Shown here: piece by piece, positions 60,502-64,000 of the stretch
Position numbering within the stretch: position 1 is the first letter of the stretch
Layout of the letters: every line of letters begins with the position of its first letter
Assembly: GCA_965116905.1 (NCBI GenBank)
Contig: OZ220732.1
Coordinates: 4,064,001-4,128,000, forward strand
Direction: 5' to 3'
Length of the DNA: 64,000 bases
From: Longimicrobiales bacterium
GTDB lineage: Bacteria > Gemmatimonadota > Gemmatimonadetes > Longimicrobiales > Gaopeijiaceae
Made by a program: the position numbers and the translations under genes
The notes under the pieces: generated by a model
The model's input: the letters and a program-made list of their open reading frames with translations, nothing else
Told to the model about the DNA's origin: nothing
Database searches by the model: none

Positions 60502-61917
60502 ATGACCGTTCCCCGAGTGGTCGCCGTCGCATGGCCGATCATCGCTGTGGCGGTGTTGTCGGCTGCCGCGTGCGGGCCGGAGGGCGCGCGGACCAGCTCG
60601 TCGGCCGAGCAGGCCACCCTCGCGATCGAATCCGTCACGGTCATCCCGATGGACGGCGAGCAGGTGCTGCGCGACATGACCGTGCTCGTGGGCGACGGGC
60701 GCGTGCTCGCGGTTGCACCCGCCGACGACGCCGAGGCGGCCATCCCCGACGGAAACCTGCGCGTCGACGGCCGCGGCCGCTTCCTGATCCCCGGCCTCAA
60801 CGACATGCACGTCCACTTCCAGGACTCGTCGGCTCTCGGCCGCTTTATTGCCACTGGCGTCACGGGTGTGCGCGTGCTCTGGGGCGGGCCACCGACGCTC
60901 GACTTCCGCGACCGGATCGCCCGCGGCGAACTCGCCGGACCCGACATCTACACCGCCGGCACGATCATCGAGGGGCTGCCGCCGCCGGAACTGGCCGCCG
61001 TCATCGACACGGCCGGACGCGTGATCGTGCACGACAGCATCGACGGCGCCCGCGCGGTCCGGGAGCAGCACGCCGCCGGCTACGACTTCATCAAGGTCTA
61101 CAACAACGTGCCCGCGGCTGCGTATCGGGGGATCGTCGCCGAGGCCGCCGCGCTCGGCATCCCGGTGGCGGGCCACGTCCCCTTCGAGGTGGGGCTCGAC
61201 GGAGCGCTCGCGGCGGGCCAGGCCAGCATCGAGCACCTGCGGGGGTACATCTGGCACCTCGTGCCGGAAGACGCGCCCAACCAGCCCGGCGCCGACCTCC
61301 GCTCCCGCACGCTGGCGTGGGCGCACGGCGACCTCTCCCGTATCCAGGCGCTCGCCGAACGCACCCGCGACGCCGGCGTGTGGAGCGTCCCGACGCTCTC
61401 GGTCCGCATGATCATGAAGCCTGACCGCCTGGTCGAGGCCTACCTCGCCACGGAAGAAGCGTCCCACATGTCCGAGGGCATGCGCGCCTTCTACACCGAG
61501 CGCATGTCGATCCCGTGGATGAGCAACTTCACCGCGGACGACTTCGAAGCCGCGATGGACGGGTTCGCGGTGGCCGATTCCCTGATCCGCGCGCTGGTGG
61601 GCGTGGGCGCGCCGGTGATGGCCGGAACCGACACCCCGCCGCTCGGCTTCGCGCTTCACCGCGAGCTGGAGGAGCTGGTGGGCGCGGGGTTGTCCCCGTT
61701 TGAGGCGTTGCAGAGCGCCACGGTCCTCCCGGCGCGCTTCCTGGGTCGTGGCGGGGGATCGGGCATGGTGACGGAGGGGAGTCCCGCCGACCTGGTGCTG
61801 CTGGACGCCGATCCCCTGGCCGCCATCGGCAACACGCGACGAATCGCGGGGGTGGTGCGGCGCGGGGAGTGGCTCGACCGGGCCACATTGGACGCCATGC
61901 TGGCAGGCCGTGGATGA
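60502..61917 (+). CDS. Amidohydrolase family protein
   Basis: PGLNDMHVH, FIKVY, IEH, AGTD, ADLVLL. Confidence 0.9.
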   Translation: MTVPRVVAVAWPIIAVAVLSAAACGPEGARTSSSAEQATLAIESVTVIPMDGEQVLRDMTVLVGDGRVLAVAPADDAEAAIPDGNLRVDGRGRFLIPGLNDMHVHFQDSSALGRFIATGVTGVRVLWGGPPTLDFRDRIARGELAGPDIYTAGTIIEGLPPPELAAVIDTAGRVIVHDSIDGARAVREQHAAGYDFIKVYNNVPAAAYRGIVAEAAALGIPVAGHVPFEVGLDGALAAGQASIEHLRGYIWHLVPEDAPNQPGADLRSRTLAWAHGDLSRIQALAERTRDAGVWSVPTLSVRMIMKPDRLVEAYLATEEASHMSEGMRAFYTERMSIPWMSNFTADDFEAAMDGFAVADSLIRALVGVGAPVMAGTDTPPLGFALHRELEELVGAGLSPFEALQSATVLPARFLGRGGGSGMVTEGSPADLVLLDADPLAAIGNTRRIAGVVRRGEWLDRATLDAMLAGRG

Positions 61918-61939
61918 ACCCCAAGGAGGCCGCAGGACG

Positions 61940-63382
61940 ATGATCTGGCTGACATTGCTTTCCGACCGAGCCAATGCCCGCCCTCCCGTCCCGCGACGGG
62001 CCGCTCCCGCGCACGGGCTCACCGCCCTCTTCGGCACGGCCTTCCTCGTGTTCGTCGCCGCGGCCTGCGCGCCCGTGCCCGATGGCGACCAGGGTGCGCC
62101 CGGCGCGGTGGCCGTGACCAACGCGACCATCATCGACGGCATGGGCGGGGCGCCGATCCCGGGCGGCGTGGTCGTCGTCGAAGGCGACCGGATCGTCGCC
62201 GCGGGGTCCGCCGCCGAGGTTGCCATTCCGGACGGAGCCACCATCATCGACGCGGCAGGTGGCGCGGTCATGCCCGGGCTCGCCGACATGCACGTTCACA
62301 TGGTGGGTGGATGGGACGGCGTCAGCACCGAGATGCTGGGCTATCGCCGCTACCTGAACGCGCTGCTGCACGCGGGCGTCACCACGGTCTTCGACGCCGG
62401 GAACGTGCTGCCGTTCATCCAGCAGATCCAGGCCGAGATCGAGGCGGGGCGGCTTCCGGGCCCCCGGGTCTATATGGCGGGACCGCTCGTGGACGGCCCC
62501 GTGCCGATATGGCCGCCCATCACCTACTTCACCTTTGAGGCCTCTGCCATGTGGAGGCACGCGTCTCAGCTGGCCGCGGCCGGGGTGGACGCGCTCAAGG
62601 GATACGCCGGCCTCAACGCGGAGATGGTCGACTCGCTGGTGCAGGCGGGTGCCGAGTTCGGTCTGCCCGTGATCGTGGACCTGGGCTCGCGCGGCGACTA
62701 CGCGGCCGCGGTCGAGGCGGGCGTCCTGGCGCGTGCCCATGCCCCTTCCGGTCCGCTGAGCGACGATGAGATCGCGGCAATGGTGGAACACGGCACGGCT
62801 ACGATCACGACGCTGGCCGTGCTGGAATCCTTCGCGCGGCGGCGGCTGAACGACCTGGAGTTCCTCGACCACCCGCTGATCGCTGCCACCACTCCCCCAT
62901 GGTTCCTCGAAGCGCTGCGGGAACACGCCACGCGGACCCTGTCGGACGCGGAAGCCGGGTTTGTGGCCACGATCGAGGAGCGCCTCATGACCGCGATGAC
63001 CAACGTGAAACGGCTGAGCGACGCCGGCGTGCTGCTTGTCGCCGGCACGGACGCACCCTACCCCGGCGTCTTCCAGGGCGAAGGCATCCACCGCGAGCTG
63101 GAACTGCTCGTCGAGGCCGGCCTCACGCCGCTTCAGGCGATCACCGTCGCGACTCACAACGCGGCCCGGCTCATGGACGCGAGCGACGAGTGGGGCGTGA
63201 TCGCACCCGGGATGGTCGCGGACCTGCTGGTGGTGCGGAGCAACCCGGCCGAGAACATCGGAGCGACCCGCGACATCCTGGCCGTGATCCAGCGCGGCGT
63301 CGTCCTGGATCGCTCGCAGCTCGTGTTCAGCGCGCTCGACGACCCCGGGTTCAGGACGGTGGGCTCGGTGGCAGCCAACTGA
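61940..63382 (+). CDS. Amidohydrolase family protein
   Basis: PGLADMHVH, AGTDAP, ADLLVV; start uncertain. Confidence 0.9.
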   Translation: MIWLTLLSDRANARPPVPRRAAPAHGLTALFGTAFLVFVAAACAPVPDGDQGAPGAVAVTNATIIDGMGGAPIPGGVVVVEGDRIVAAGSAAEVAIPDGATIIDAAGGAVMPGLADMHVHMVGGWDGVSTEMLGYRRYLNALLHAGVTTVFDAGNVLPFIQQIQAEIEAGRLPGPRVYMAGPLVDGPVPIWPPITYFTFEASAMWRHASQLAAAGVDALKGYAGLNAEMVDSLVQAGAEFGLPVIVDLGSRGDYAAAVEAGVLARAHAPSGPLSDDEIAAMVEHGTATITTLAVLESFARRRLNDLEFLDHPLIAATTPPWFLEALREHATRTLSDAEAGFVATIEERLMTAMTNVKRLSDAGVLLVAGTDAPYPGVFQGEGIHRELELLVEAGLTPLQAITVATHNAARLMDASDEWGVIAPGMVADLLVVRSNPAENIGATRDILAVIQRGVVLDRSQLVFSALDDPGFRTVGSVAAN

Positions 63383-63392
63383 GGGGCAAGTG

Positions 63393-64000
63393 CTACGGCT
63401 TTCTCGCGACGAAGAACATCCTGCCCTCGTGCAACGAGCCCTCCAGGACGGCGTCGTTGCCACCGACAGACTGCAGCTGTTCGAATCCGGCCTTTCGCAG
63501 TCGTCCCCTGATTTCACTCTCGCCATACCAGCGTTGAGTCAAGGGGAAATCGGACCTTCGCCAGGCCGAACCCTTCAGCTCGAACAGGGTCACATCAAGC
63601 CTGCCGGTTTTTTCATCCGAATCATGTGAAGATCGAACCACGCAGACGTGGTCCTCCTCTACATATCCGAACGAGCCTCGCCATCTGGACCGGTAGCCTT
63701 CTTCCATGTTGAGGTCGAACGCGAAGTAGCCGCCGCCTTCCAGGACCGCGAATACGCTGTGAAACACCTGTTCCAGACCTTCCGGACTCATCACGTGATT
63801 CAGGCTGTCGAATGTCGAGAAAACCGCAGAAAACGTGTGGGGCAAAGCGATGTTCCGGGCGTCCTGGACGACGAATTCCACGTCGGGAGCGTTTTGCCTC
63901 GCGATCTCGATCATCTGCTCCGAGCCATCCAGGCCCGTCGTGCGGTATCCTTGCTGCGCAAGCTCGGCGGCAAGCTGTCCGGTGCCACAGCAGAGATCCA
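63393..64000 (-). CDS. Class I SAM-dependent methyltransferase (partial)
   Basis: DLCCGTG at the window edge, GLDGSEQM, FDSLNH. Confidence 0.88.
   Translation of the reverse strand, partial: DLCCGTGQLAAELAQQGYRTTGLDGSEQMIEIARQNAPDVEFVVQDARNIALPHTFSAVFSTFDSLNHVMSPEGLEQVFHSVFAVLEGGGYFAFDLNMEEGYRSRWRGSFGYVEEDHVCVVRSSHDSDEKTGRLDVTLFELKGSAWRRSDFPLTQRWYGESEIRGRLRKAGFEQLQSVGGNDAVLEGSLHEGRMFFVARKP

Noticed and set aside
680..63526. Long antisense or alternate-frame ORFs (e.g. 680-3649, 19691-23968, 57122-60391)
   Set aside because: Shadow ORFs typical of high-GC DNA, overlapping well-supported genes
1..64000. CRISPR array, tRNA or rRNA genes
   Set aside because: None recognised by eye; a covariance-model search was not possible

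Overview
High-GC bacterial chromosomal window. Gene content (DUF1552/DUF1592 pair, many exported peptidases and amidohydrolases, 6-bladed beta-propellers, Ig-like, ankyrin and FGE-sulfatase-fold proteins, AAA+DUF4143 ATPases) resembles Gemmatimonadota or other host-associated lineages; this is inference, not established. Positions 1-36.7 kb and 54-64 kb are mostly ordinary exported hydrolases and transporters. The 36-54 kb region is a plastic locus made of two tandem, diverged units. Each begins with the 3' end of pepX plus a beta-propeller gene and ends with a conserved ~250-bp non-coding leader. Each leader sits upstream of a minus-strand array of translationally coupled, secreted, non-catalytic FGE/CLec-fold and ankyrin genes. 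The arrays contain at least four orphan '(G/D)FRVA(R/K)' C-terminal tails and two truncated 'MTAR' N-termini, consistent with cassette turnover by recombination. No reverse transcriptase, integrase or transposase is visible. The same region holds several toxin-antitoxin loci whose toxins are truncated or catalytically degenerate. All family calls come from motifs read by eye, not database searches.
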